The translations under genes and the position numbers were made by a program. Shown piece after piece: positions 1-10,203 of a stretch of DNA of 64,000 nucleotides (position 1 is the stretch's first letter; each line of letters opens with the position of its first letter). The DNA is from Gammaproteobacteria bacterium (lineage in GTDB: Bacteria > Pseudomonadota > Gammaproteobacteria > G965277405). The notes beneath the pieces were generated by a model. The model had not been told where the DNA came from. It saw only the letters and a list, made by a program, of their open reading frames with translations, and ran no database searches. The DNA lies in the NCBI GenBank assembly GCA_965277405.1, contig OZ255726.1, positions 1,952,001 through 2,016,000 on the forward strand, read 5' to 3'.

Positions 1-1443
1 ATTCCTTGTGCCCCTACTCTGTCACTGGCGGCAGGTAGCGTTACATTCGGCCAACCAGTTGAACCGGCAGGGCTTGACCCGACGGTTGGTGCCCCTGTCG
101 CATCTGGCGAGGTTACCTGGCAGAATATTTTTGAAGGATTGGTTGCTGTTGATCGTGATGGCAATATTGCGCCGCAATTGGCAAGCAAATGGACGCTTGC
201 TGATAATGGCCTGACCTATACGTTTACGCTGCGCCCAGATGTGACGTTCCATAATGGGGTAGCGTTTGATAGTGCAACCGCAAAATTCACCCTTGAACGC
301 ATCCTGTCAAAAGACAGCACTAATGGGCAAAAGGCATTGTATACCGTTATCGATAGTATCGACACCCCAGATGCGACAACCCTTGTTGTACATCTATCTA
401 AGCCGTCATCGAACTTAATTTACTGGCTTGGATTCCCGGCTGCGGTGATGGTTGAACCATCAACTGCAGCGAGTAACAAAACGTCACCAACAGGCACTGG
501 ACCGTTTAAATTTGATGAATGGCGCAAGGGTGACCGGGTGTTGATGTCAGTGTATGACGGCTATTGGGGGCAGCAGCCGCTGCTTGATGCGCTTACCGCG
601 CGGTTTATTGCTGACCCGCAGGCACAGGCCGCCGCCATCCTTGCACACGATGTTGATGTATTCAGTAAATTCGAAGCACCAGAACTTTTTAATCAATTCA
701 AAGCCGATGCCAGTCTTGCAACTCATGTCGGTGTCGGCGAGATGGAAGTCGTCGCGGGGATGAACAATACCCGCCCGCCATTTGACGATATCCGCGTTCG
801 TCAGGCCTTAATGATGGCTGTTGACCGCAACATCCTGATCCAAGGTGTCGAAAGCGGATTTGGCAGCCCGATTGGTAGCCATTTTTCCCCAGCTAGTCCG
901 TATTATGTTGATCTAACTGGTAAATACGCCCATGACATCGACGCAGCCAAAGCCATTTTGACAGAGGCAGGTTACCCCGACGGCTTTGAATTCACCATGA
1001 AAGTTCCCACGCGCAGTTATGCCACGCGGTCAGCAGAAATCCTGCAAGCGATGTTTAGCCAGATCGGGGTAATTGCCAACATCGAAAGTTCCGCTTTTCC
1101 AGCGACATGGATTCAAGATGTGTACAAGGACACGAATTACGACATGACCATCATCGGCCATGCCGAAGCGCTTGATATCGGCATATACGCGCGCCACCCG
1201 TATTATTTCAATTATAACAATCCAGCCTTTGATGCAGTGATGAACGCTATCGCGGCGGCAACCACGCCAGCGGCTAGGGCGGCTGGATTTAAGCAGGCAC
1301 AGGAGATAATCGGCCATGATGTTCCGGCACTGTTTCTGTATTCTGCACCGAAACTTGGTGTATGGAACGCACGGTTGACTGGTGTCTGGGAAAACGGTCC
1401 GGTACCCGCCAATGACATGACCGACGTTAGCTGGGCACGCTAA
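1..1443 (+). CDS. ABC transporter substrate-binding protein, family 5 (DppA/OppA-like), 5'-truncated by the window edge
   Basis: Frame +1 is open from base 1 (...EPAGLDPT...NIFEGLV...). Motifs LASKW...DGLTYTFTLRPDVTFHNG, PTGTGPFKF and PPFDDIRVRQAL. First gene of the operon. Confidence 0.92.
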   Translation: MPCAPTLSLAAGSVTFGQPVEPAGLDPTVGAPVASGEVTWQNIFEGLVAVDRDGNIAPQLASKWTLADNGLTYTFTLRPDVTFHNGVAFDSATAKFTLERILSKDSTNGQKALYTVIDSIDTPDATTLVVHLSKPSSNLIYWLGFPAAVMVEPSTAASNKTSPTGTGPFKFDEWRKGDRVLMSVYDGYWGQQPLLDALTARFIADPQAQAAAILAHDVDVFSKFEAPELFNQFKADASLATHVGVGEMEVVAGMNNTRPPFDDIRVRQALMMAVDRNILIQGVESGFGSPIGSHFSPASPYYVDLTGKYAHDIDAAKAILTEAGYPDGFEFTMKVPTRSYATRSAEILQAMFSQIGVIANIESSAFPATWIQDVYKDTNYDMTIIGHAEALDIGIYARHPYYFNYNNPAFDAVMNAIAAATTPAARAAGFKQAQEIIGHDVPALFLYSAPKLGVWNARLTGVWENGPVPANDMTDVSWAR

Positions 1444-1554
1444 AATCGACCGTTGCTTGGCGACAGCTGGAGAATGGTTGGGGTTTGAGTTGTTAAAGAA
1501 CACCGTCAACTTGCGGTCTCCCGCACTTTTCATTTTCTGCAATAGTAAAAGCCG

Positions 1555-2508
1555 ATGAATACAGCAACTAAATATATGCGGCAGGGAGCTGGGTATGTTG
1601 TTGTCCTGCTAATCACCTCGCTGGTAATCTTTATGCTGATCGAATCAGCCCCAGGTGACCCTGCTGAAATCATGCTAGGCACCTCAGCCCAGCCAGATAC
1701 CGTTGCCGCGCTGCGCGCCGAGCTTGGCCTGAATCGACCGATGATAGTCCGCTACGCCAGTTGGCTTGGCGGGGTGATCACGGGGGATCTTGGCAATTCA
1801 TATACCTACGGCACCCCAGTTGCCGAACTGATTAGAGAGCGACTTGTGGTTACAGTGCCGCTGACTATTTTTGCCACACTGCTAGCCATTGGGGTTGCAT
1901 TCCCGCTTGGGGTGTATGCCGCAGCCCGCCCTGGGGCAGTGACCGATGGAGTTGCGACCATATTTTCACAACTGGGGATTGCAGTGCCAAATTTCTGGAT
2001 CGGCTTGCTGTTAATTTTGTTCGTATCGCTTGGGCTGGGGTGGTTACCTGCGGGGGGATTCCCAGGGTGGCGCGATGATTTCGGCAAGGCGTTATTGTCG
2101 TTGATCCTCCCCGCGATTGCGCTTGCCATACCACAGGCCGCGGTGCTAACGCGGGTGATGCGTGCTGCGGTGATCGAAGTCAGCCACGAAGATTTTGTAC
2201 GCACCGCCCGTGCCAAAGGGCTGAGCCGCAACCGCGCGCTTTGGTTTCATACCCTTCCTAATGCGATGCTGCCAGTGGTAACTATGCTTGGGTTGCAAAT
2301 TCCATATTTGATTTCTGGCGCGGTTCTGGTTGAAAACGTCTTTAACTTGCCGGGGATCGGCACGCTTGCCTACCAAGCTATGTCGCAGCGAGACCTGATT
2401 GTGATTCAGAATGTTGTGTTGATGTTTGCGATCATCGTCATCATCGTCAACGCTATTATCGACAGTCTTTACGCAATTCTTGACCCCAGATTACGCGTAA
2501 AAAAATGA
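1555..2508 (+). CDS. Peptide/nickel ABC transporter permease (DppB-like)
   Basis: APGDPA, GDLGNS and the EAA loop DFVRTARAKGL; ends LDPR. Confidence 0.93.
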   Translation: MNTATKYMRQGAGYVVVLLITSLVIFMLIESAPGDPAEIMLGTSAQPDTVAALRAELGLNRPMIVRYASWLGGVITGDLGNSYTYGTPVAELIRERLVVTVPLTIFATLLAIGVAFPLGVYAAARPGAVTDGVATIFSQLGIAVPNFWIGLLLILFVSLGLGWLPAGGFPGWRDDFGKALLSLILPAIALAIPQAAVLTRVMRAAVIEVSHEDFVRTARAKGLSRNRALWFHTLPNAMLPVVTMLGLQIPYLISGAVLVENVFNLPGIGTLAYQAMSQRDLIVIQNVVLMFAIIVIIVNAIIDSLYAILDPRLRVKK

Positions 2509-3335
2509 AACGCATCCCACTTAAAATCCCTCTTAATTTGTGGCTCGGTGGCAGCATTTCATTCCTCCTCGTCGGTTCAGCAATCCTCAGCCGTTTTTGG
2601 ACGCCGCACGACCCAGTCAAAATGAATATCCTTAACCGGCTTAAAAGTCCTGGTGATGCTGGGGTTTTTGGGGCAGACCAGATCGGCCGCGATGTATTTT
2701 CGTTGGTCATGGCCGGTGGCTGGACATCACTCGGGATTGCGGTGACTGCAACCGCGATTGGCGGGTCAATCGGCACGCTTATCGGCGTCAGTGCCGCTGC
2801 ACGGCGGGGTCTTTTTGCAACAGCAACGGGGTGGATTAACAGTGTCCTGTTTGCCTTTCCACCGATTTTATCGGCGATTCTCCTTGGGGCATTACTTGGA
2901 CCAGGTGGTATGACATCTATCGTTGCGATTGGCCTTTTCATGATACCGGTCTTTGCCCGGGTATCGCGCGGGGTGGCGATGCAGATTTGGTCGCGTGACT
3001 ATATCCTCGCCGCGAGCATGGCAGGCAAAGGGCAGGTATTGATCACCATCGAACATATTTTACCAAATATTTCAGCGCAGTTACTAGTGCAGTTCGCCAT
3101 CCAAACCGGTCTTGCTATCCTTGCTGAAGCGGGGCTGAGTTTCCTCGGCATGGGTATCGCCCCGCCAACGCCAAGCTGGGGGAGGATGCTTGCCGATGCG
3201 CAAACCTATATCGGCAGCGCGCCGCATCTGGTGATGGCGCCAGGCATCGCGATTGCGCTGGCTGTCCTTGGGCTGAATCTTTTGGGGGACGGACTGCGTG
3301 ACATTACTGATCCTAAAATGAAACAGGGTTCATGA
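2505..3335 (+). CDS. Peptide/nickel ABC transporter permease (DppC-like)
   Basis: FGADQIGRD, HILPN, AGLSFLGMG..PP.PSWG, NLLGDGLRD. ATGA-type overlap with neighbours. Confidence 0.93.
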   Translation: MKRIPLKIPLNLWLGGSISFLLVGSAILSRFWTPHDPVKMNILNRLKSPGDAGVFGADQIGRDVFSLVMAGGWTSLGIAVTATAIGGSIGTLIGVSAAARRGLFATATGWINSVLFAFPPILSAILLGALLGPGGMTSIVAIGLFMIPVFARVSRGVAMQIWSRDYILAASMAGKGQVLITIEHILPNISAQLLVQFAIQTGLAILAEAGLSFLGMGIAPPTPSWGRMLADAQTYIGSAPHLVMAPGIAIALAVLGLNLLGDGLRDITDPKMKQGS

Positions 3336-4156
3336 TGCTTGCGATCAACAACCTATCTGTATCATTCGAACGCAGCAGCGGGGGACAAGTTGCAGTAGTA
3401 CGTAACATAAATTTTGACCTCGATCACGGTGAAACCCTCGGTATTGTTGGGGAAAGCGGGTCGGGGAAATCGGTTCTATCACTGGCGATCACCGGCTTGC
3501 TGCCGCGCAGCGCACGCACAAGCGGGGCAGTGATGTTTGCCGGCGAAAACCTCCTTGCCCTACCTGAAAAACGTATGTGTAGGTTGCGTGGCCGCAAGAT
3601 CGGCATGATTTTTCAGGAGCCAATGTCTGCTCTTAACCCGGCGATGACCGTTGGTTGCCAAATTGGCGAAGGGCTGAGACTGCATACAGGCATGTCCAAG
3701 CACGATGCTAGGAACGAGACGCTTCGATTGCTTGAGATGGTGCAAATACCACAGGCGAAAGCGCGTATTGACAGTTACCCGCATGAAATGTCGGGGGGGC
3801 AGCGCCAGCGCGTCGGGATTGCAATTGCGATTGCGCTAAAACCAGAGCTGTTGATTGCCGATGAACCAACCACCGCGCTTGACGTGACGGTACAGGCTGA
3901 AATCCTTGATATTCTTGATGATCTTGTTAGCGATCTTGGGATTTTGCTAATCCTGATTTCGCATGATTTAGGCGTGATCGCGCGGATTGCGGACCGCACA
4001 TTGGTGATGTATTGTGGTGAAGAAATGGAACAGGGCGAAACCGCACGTATCCTGCGGTCGCCGCGGCATGATTATACCCGCAAATTGCTCGCCGCGATGC
4101 CAAAACGAGCGCGCAAAACCCTTACCCAGACACCAGCCGCGGGCAGGGATGGCTAA
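3332..4156 (+). CDS. ABC transporter ATP-binding protein (DppD-like)
   Basis: Walker A GESGSGKS, signature MSGGQRQR, Walker B LLIADEPTTALD. Confidence 0.94.
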   Translation: MMLAINNLSVSFERSSGGQVAVVRNINFDLDHGETLGIVGESGSGKSVLSLAITGLLPRSARTSGAVMFAGENLLALPEKRMCRLRGRKIGMIFQEPMSALNPAMTVGCQIGEGLRLHTGMSKHDARNETLRLLEMVQIPQAKARIDSYPHEMSGGQRQRVGIAIAIALKPELLIADEPTTALDVTVQAEILDILDDLVSDLGILLILISHDLGVIARIADRTLVMYCGEEMEQGETARILRSPRHDYTRKLLAAMPKRARKTLTQTPAAGRDG

Positions 4157-5000
4157 ACTGCTGCAAATCAATAACCTGACCCGCAATTTTGACCTGGGTG
4201 GCGTAAAAATCGTCGCACTCGATAACGTATCATTGTCACTTGAAGCGGGAAAAATCCTCGGAGTTGTAGGTGAATCTGGGTCGGGAAAATCGACTCTTGC
4301 CCGGATTGTCATGGCGCTTGATCAGCCGACATCGGGGCAGGTCCATATCGCTGGACAAAGCCTGTTTGACTTGCCGCGTGCGGCACTGCGTGCAGCACGG
4401 CGTGATTTTCAGATGATCTTTCAGGACCCGTATGGGTCGTTGAACCCGCGCCACAATGTCGGGCGGTTGGTTGCTGAGCCGCTGTATCTGGAAGCAAACA
4501 CGCCAAACGCTGCGGCAAGACGGGGTCGCGTCGCCACCCTATTGGAGGATGTCGGGCTACGGGTCGATGATATCGAGCGTTTCCCGCATGAGTTTTCTGG
4601 AGGACAACGCCAGCGCATCGCGATTGCCCGCGCGCTGATCACCAAGCCTAAGCTGGTGGTTGCCGACGAGGCAACCTCGGCACTCGATCTGACCGTGCAG
4701 AAACAAATTCTTGACCTTATCCTTAAACTGCGAGCCGACTACGGCGTTGCGGTGCTGTTTATTACCCACAACATCAGCGTGGTAGAAGAAATATGCGACG
4801 ATGTCGCAGTTCTTGAAAATGGCAGGTTGGTGGAGATCGGAGCGACCGCTGCGGTTTTGCATACCCCGCAACACGCGTATACCCGCCGCTTGCTTAGCGC
4901 TGAACCGACACTTGCACATATCGGGCGCGGTCGGACTTCGCGGCGGAAATCCACCGATGTCCCACCGCTAAATCATTTCAAAGGGGATACCGATGCCTGA
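4149..5000 (+). CDS. ABC transporter ATP-binding protein (DppF-like)
   Basis: ATG at 4149 (MAKLLQINNL) overlaps the previous gene's end. GESGSGKST, FSGGQRQR, ADEATSALD. Confidence 0.93.
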   Translation: MAKLLQINNLTRNFDLGGVKIVALDNVSLSLEAGKILGVVGESGSGKSTLARIVMALDQPTSGQVHIAGQSLFDLPRAALRAARRDFQMIFQDPYGSLNPRHNVGRLVAEPLYLEANTPNAAARRGRVATLLEDVGLRVDDIERFPHEFSGGQRQRIAIARALITKPKLVVADEATSALDLTVQKQILDLILKLRADYGVAVLFITHNISVVEEICDDVAVLENGRLVEIGATAAVLHTPQHAYTRRLLSAEPTLAHIGRGRTSRRKSTDVPPLNHFKGDTDA

Positions 5001-6378
5001 ATTACTCGCTCTTTGCGCCCGCGATGTGCTGAATGGGTTTGCGGATAAAACTATTTCGCCAGTCGATTATATGTACGCTGTTTGCCAACGCGTCGCAGCC
5101 CGCGAACCCAAGGTCTGTGCTTTGTACGCGTATAATCCCAACCAAGCAATGGACTTGGCGCGCGCAGCAGCAAGCCGCTGGATTAAGGGAAAACCTAATG
5201 GACCTCTCGACGGGATGCCTGTCACAGTGAAGGAATTGATCGCCACCAAAGGCGTTGCGGTGCCGATGGGAACGGCGGCTATTGATTTGATACCTGCAAG
5301 CGCAGATGCGCCGATATCCGCCCGCCTGCATGAAGACGGTGCGATTATTTTTGCCAAGACTACCTGCCCAGATTACGGCATGCTGACTTCAGGACTATCG
5401 ACATTTCATCCGCTCAGCCGTAATCCGTGGGATTTAAGCCAGAACCCTGGTGGGTCTAGTGCTGGGGCAGCTGCTGCAGGCGCTGCAGGATACGGAGCGT
5501 TGCATATCGGCACCGATATTGGTGGCTCAGTCCGCCTTCCAGCGGGGTGGACGGGTTTGTTTGGGTTCAAACCATCGCTTGGGCGCATACCGCTTGACCC
5601 GTATTACACTGGACGCTGTGCTGGACCGATGACACCACGTGTCGATGACGCGGCATTGTTGATGGCATGTATAACGCGCCCAGATACGCGCGACGCCACG
5701 TCACTCCCCTATCAGCAAATTGATTGGGAGGCACCCGCGCTGGATGTAAAGGGGGTTAAGATAGGGCTGCTGCTCGATGCTGGATGCGGCACTCCCGCAG
5801 AGCCAGAAGTCAGCGCCGCCGTCATTCAGGCCGCGGATGAATTTCAGCAACACGGGGCCGAGATTATCGAGATTAAACCCGTGCTAACACGCGAAATGCT
5901 CGATGGGATTGATACAGCTTGGCGGGCGCGATTTTGGGGCATGATGTGCCAACTAAACCCGACCAGTCGTGCAAAAATACTCCCGTATATCTATGAATGG
6001 GCAGCAACTGGTGCAAATGCCGCTGCGAGCGCAGTTGCCGCCGGCTTTGATGAGAGTTTTGCCATGCGCAAGGCCTGTGCATCCGCCTTCAACAAGGTTA
6101 ATTTTATCTTGTCGCCAGTAAACCCCAATGTTAGCTACCCCGCTGAATGGGCATCCCCGACCAATGACCCGGCACATCCGTTTGAACATATCTGCTTTAC
6201 CCTGCCATGGAATATGGGGGAGCAACCAGCCTGTTCGATCAATTGCGGCTTTTCGCAAAGCGGGATACCAATCGGGTTACAGATCGTTGCGCCGCGGTTT
6301 GAGGATGCTAAACTTTTCCAGATTGCTCGTGCCTATGAGGCGTGGCGCGGACCAATCACCAACTGGCCAGAAATTTGA
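4993..6378 (+). CDS. Amidase-signature family amidase
   Basis: GMPVTVKE (catalytic Lys), PGGSSAG, IGTDIGGSVRLPA (catalytic Ser), GIPIGLQIV. Confidence 0.92.
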   Translation: MPELLALCARDVLNGFADKTISPVDYMYAVCQRVAAREPKVCALYAYNPNQAMDLARAAASRWIKGKPNGPLDGMPVTVKELIATKGVAVPMGTAAIDLIPASADAPISARLHEDGAIIFAKTTCPDYGMLTSGLSTFHPLSRNPWDLSQNPGGSSAGAAAAGAAGYGALHIGTDIGGSVRLPAGWTGLFGFKPSLGRIPLDPYYTGRCAGPMTPRVDDAALLMACITRPDTRDATSLPYQQIDWEAPALDVKGVKIGLLLDAGCGTPAEPEVSAAVIQAADEFQQHGAEIIEIKPVLTREMLDGIDTAWRARFWGMMCQLNPTSRAKILPYIYEWAATGANAAASAVAAGFDESFAMRKACASAFNKVNFILSPVNPNVSYPAEWASPTNDPAHPFEHICFTLPWNMGEQPACSINCGFSQSGIPIGLQIVAPRFEDAKLFQIARAYEAWRGPITNWPEI

Positions 6379-6577
6379 ATCAACCGCAAGCCGCAGCGTA
6401 TACACAGCACCACACCGTGGCAACTCCATCCATATTGGTTATGTTCACAGCTGTAGCAGCTAACCAATGCCTCAACTAATGCTTAATGCTGGCCTACTGA
6501 CGCTGACTCAATTGTCTTATGGATTGCCACCGCTGGCGTGCCTGCCTTTGTTGCAGGATAACCTGCTGTGTTGACAG

Positions 6578-6760
6578 GGAAACTCTGATTAACTCACTGC
6601 AGCAGCGACTTAATATAACGCAAGTTATCACGTTATAGCCAGACTGAATAATGCAATTTTATCATGGCAGACAACAAGCACTATGATAAAATAAAATCGC
6701 TAGGGCATAGCAACTTTTGGCAGATATGTAACGGCTAATATTTGATCTAGCAGAGCTTCC
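6578..6760. mobile_element. Degenerate short MITE-like relic sharing the family termini
   Basis: Left end GGAAACTCTGATTAAC plus subterminal hairpin AACTCACTGCAGCAGCGACTT. Right end CTAGCAGAGCTTCC followed by TTAG. The interior differs from the main family. Confidence 0.45.
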
Positions 6761-6790
6761 TTAGCAATTATTTACCTATACAACACCAAA

Positions 6791-7084
6791 GGAAGCGCTG
6801 ATTAATTCCATGATGGGGGAGACGGAGAAAAAACGATGATGAAAATTAAGCGCAGTGTGCAGATAATACTGGTGGTCTTGTGGGTGTTGCCAAGTGCTGC
6901 AACGAGGTTAGCGCAGCTTTTTTCCCGTCGTTGTGTTGAATACACTTTGGGTTTGCGGCAATTGCCTACGCTTGCTGTGTTGCATCCCTTGGCGTATATG
7001 CTACGGAATGCGCGCGGTTTGCGCCTTGCAATCATCAGCAATTGCAGGCAAACTCGCTCTAGCAGCGAGTTAATCAGCGGTTCC
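6791..7084 (-). mobile_element. MITE, diverged copy in inverted orientation
   Basis: Reverse complement aligns over its full length with the copies at 23320, 24107, 31415 and 63299. TIRs GGAAGCGCTGATTAA / TTAATCAGCGGTTCC. CAAA direct repeat on both sides. Confidence 0.88.
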
Positions 7085-7276
7085 CAAAGCAAATGTATGC
7101 AGCTATGCGTTTCTTTGCATTATCATGGGGTGTCGCGGCTGCGATTTTAATCCGCCACTGTATCAAACGCCACCTAACGCCATTTTATCAAAGTTCCTGC
7201 TTATGTTATCAGAGTTCCAGAATGTTGTCGCAGATTTTACTATATTATAGGTTATGGGCGTAGTCAAGGGCTGTAA

Positions 7277-9091
7277 ATGAGCCTCTCGCTGTTCGTGTTG
7301 GTGTTTTGCGTTGGCGGGCTTATCGTCGGTACGATCAATCGTATCGTAATTTGGCGGCAAGGAAAATCGAGCAAGCAACGGCTACCTATGCGGCTATTGT
7401 TAACAATCCCCAAACGCTATTTTGTTGATTTACACCACATTGTGATGGAAAACTCATCGATGGCATATACCCATATATTTGTCGCTGGTGGTGTTGTTGC
7501 AGCAGGCGGATTGTTGCTGGTTGGCGCTGTTATAGCATTGCCATGGTTGGTATGGCTGGCTGTCGCGGCTGTCATTAGCGTTGGTGCTGTACGGTTGCTG
7601 TTGCGCCGCCGCGGCAGGCCAATCGCGTTATCCTATGGTAGCTTTACTAATATTCCTAGGTACTTGCTATCCTTCGCATTGGGTCTGGTATTATTGTTCA
7701 GCGAATTTAACTTTTGGCTGCCATATGTTGGGGTATTGTTTGCGGTGATTGGTGGGTGGGTTATTTTCTGGTCAGGTAAACTCGATAAACCATTGAAGCA
7801 CATGATTAGTGGTGCTGTTCATTTGGCTTTCCACCCCCGCCAAGGGCGGTTTTTTAGCCAGCGCGAGGTGGCTTTGTCAAATACTGAACATGGGCTAAAT
7901 GGTGTTGCAATAATTGAAGATTTCACCTGGAATCGGATTTTAAGTTTTGATGCCTGTATTGAATGCGGGCGTTGCCAAGAGCAATGTCCGGCATTCGCAA
8001 GTGGACAGCCGCTGAACCCAAAAAAACTTATTCAAGACTTGTTGCAGGCCGCTTTGCCACAGCCAACGGCTGCATACAGCGGTGCAAATCATCCAAACCT
8101 TGCTGTAGCTGCAACCCAGGGACAACTCATTGCCGCGGAAACGCTGTTTGCCTGTACCACCTGCCGCGCATGTGTTGAAGCCTGTCCGATGATGATTGAG
8201 CACGTTGACGCTGTTGTCGATATGCGCAGGAATGCGGTCGCCAATACTGGCGCATTACCAACAAATGCTGCGTCCGCGCTGCAACAACTGCGTTACAGCG
8301 ATAGCGTTGATGGCTATGGCGCAGCAGCACGCCACAATTGGGCAGTCGATTTATCCATTGAATTTGCCACAGTCGGTACTCAATATGACGCGATTTTACT
8401 AGCTGGAGAAGCCGGCTTTGACTTACGCAATCAAAACCGTTTGCGCAACTTAGTCCAGCTTGCAACAGCGGCAGGGGTGCGGCTGGCGCTGTTAGCCAAC
8501 GAAGGGGATAGCGGCGATACTGCACGTAGGCTCGGCGATGAGCGTTTATTTCAACAAAAAGCAAGAGCATTGATGGCAACACTCGACCAGTATTCATATA
8601 CAACGTTGTTGACGTGTGACCCGCATATTTTGAATGTGATCCGCAATGAATATTGCGCACTTACCGATACACCGCTACCCATTCAACACCATAGCGCGTT
8701 TTTATTAGCACTAATTCAACAAAAAAAACTATCTGTTGCCCCGTTGAATCAAACAATGACATACCATGACCCGTGTTATTTAGGGCGGTATAATGGTGAA
8801 TTTGCAGCACCGCGAGAGCTGTTGCAGGCGTTGGGGGTCGATGTACAAGAAATGCAACGCAGCCAGAAAAAATCTCGATGTTGTGGCTGGGGCGGCGGTG
8901 CAGTTTTTAGCGATATACCTGGTAAACAACGCATTCCAGATATGCGGATGGATGATGTGCGCGCAACCAACACGAACTGTGTTGCCGTTGCCTGCCCGAA
9001 TTGCTCGATAATGTTGGAGGGGGTGGTCGAACCGCGCCCGCAGGTGATTGACATCGTCGATTTAACCTATCAAGCAGCGATATTCCCATGA
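7277..9091 (+). CDS. dgcB: Membrane Fe-S oxidoreductase, dimethylglycine demethylation protein DgcB-like
   Basis: N-terminal TM domain with PKRYFVDLHH, two CxxCxxCxxxCP motifs, and a CCG domain (TYHDPCYLGR, CCGWGGG). Followed by ETF genes as in the Pseudomonas dgcAB-fixBA locus. Confidence 0.82.
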   Translation: MSLSLFVLVFCVGGLIVGTINRIVIWRQGKSSKQRLPMRLLLTIPKRYFVDLHHIVMENSSMAYTHIFVAGGVVAAGGLLLVGAVIALPWLVWLAVAAVISVGAVRLLLRRRGRPIALSYGSFTNIPRYLLSFALGLVLLFSEFNFWLPYVGVLFAVIGGWVIFWSGKLDKPLKHMISGAVHLAFHPRQGRFFSQREVALSNTEHGLNGVAIIEDFTWNRILSFDACIECGRCQEQCPAFASGQPLNPKKLIQDLLQAALPQPTAAYSGANHPNLAVAATQGQLIAAETLFACTTCRACVEACPMMIEHVDAVVDMRRNAVANTGALPTNAASALQQLRYSDSVDGYGAAARHNWAVDLSIEFATVGTQYDAILLAGEAGFDLRNQNRLRNLVQLATAAGVRLALLANEGDSGDTARRLGDERLFQQKARALMATLDQYSYTTLLTCDPHILNVIRNEYCALTDTPLPIQHHSAFLLALIQQKKLSVAPLNQTMTYHDPCYLGRYNGEFAAPRELLQALGVDVQEMQRSQKKSRCCGWGGGAVFSDIPGKQRIPDMRMDDVRATNTNCVAVACPNCSIMLEGVVEPRPQVIDIVDLTYQAAIFP

Positions 9092-10203
9092 CGTTGCGTA
9101 AAAATCCTCGAGCGCGCGACCAAGGATATATTGCGGCTAATGGCATAAAACGTATTGCGCGTATGCGCGATATAAGCGGCGAGCAACTGGCTGGTGCTGC
9201 CCAGGTTAGCACAGACTTACAACAGCGCCGCTCAATTGTGCCAACGCGTTGGGTTATGGCCGTCTTGCAGAGCAAAGGTGGCTCGTTCGATACCCTAGAC
9301 CGTGAAGTTGTGTATAGCGCGCAAGCAGTCGCACAACAAATTGATAAAAACAGCGTTGGGGTGGTGGTGGTGGTCTTTGGTCAAACCACTGAGGACTTGG
9401 GTGCGCTGGGGGCAGATACTGCGGTAGTCGTTGCGTATGACATCACCGAGCATTGCCAACCTGAACTGCAGGTGGGGACACTTGCGACTGTAGTTGCTGA
9501 ATATTCACCACATTTGATATTTTTCGGTGAGAGTGATTGGGGTGATAGCGACATTATCCGCAGGTATGCAGCGTTAAGTCAAATTCCTTTTGCAAATGCG
9601 GTCATACAGCTTTCGTGTGACCATGTTACCCGCCAAATTAACAACGGCTGGGGCTATCAAACAGCTGCTATTGCTGCAAATACACCAATGTTGATTGCTT
9701 TAACCGCAGGGGTGAGCAGCGGCGCGTTGGAAGTTGCGTGCGCTACCCAAATCGCAACGCTGGCAGTCGCCATCGACACAGCCAACCGGGCATACCGGTT
9801 GAGTGCCGATGCGATTGCTCTTGAAGAAGCTCCATTAATTCTTTCTGCGGGAAACGGCGTTGCTGACATTGCTACATTTCAACGCTGTGCGGCAGCGCTG
9901 GATGCAACAATTGGCGCAAGTAGGGTTGTAGTTGATGATGGCAAACTACCAAGGGACCGTCAAGTTGGCGCGACAGGAAAAACAGTACAAGCAACAGTGT
10001 ATGTTGGCTTGGGAATTTCAGGGGCTGTGCAGCACTTGCAAGGAATTAAAAACTGCGAAGTTGTGGTGGCGGTGAACACCGATGAATCGGCAGCGTTGGT
10101 CAACCGCGCAGATATTGCAATCATTCATGATGCGGGAGAAATTATGGAGGCGTTGATAACGTTAACCCAGCAGCAACATGCGCCATTGGAGCGGCACGGA
10201 TGA
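9088..10203 (+). CDS. etfA: Electron transfer flavoprotein alpha subunit (FixB family)
   Basis: GASRVVVD, QVGATGKTV, YVGLGISGAVQHLQGI. Confidence 0.9.
   Translation: MTLRKNPRARDQGYIAANGIKRIARMRDISGEQLAGAAQVSTDLQQRRSIVPTRWVMAVLQSKGGSFDTLDREVVYSAQAVAQQIDKNSVGVVVVVFGQTTEDLGALGADTAVVVAYDITEHCQPELQVGTLATVVAEYSPHLIFFGESDWGDSDIIRRYAALSQIPFANAVIQLSCDHVTRQINNGWGYQTAAIAANTPMLIALTAGVSSGALEVACATQIATLAVAIDTANRAYRLSADAIALEEAPLILSAGNGVADIATFQRCAAALDATIGASRVVVDDGKLPRDRQVGATGKTVQATVYVGLGISGAVQHLQGIKNCEVVVAVNTDESAALVNRADIAIIHDAGEIMEALITLTQQQHAPLERHG

Noticed and set aside
6802-7150. ORFs within MITE copies (also 23353, 24343, 24371, 31259, 63129, 63332)
   Set aside because: No transposase motifs, and the frames are not preserved between copies.
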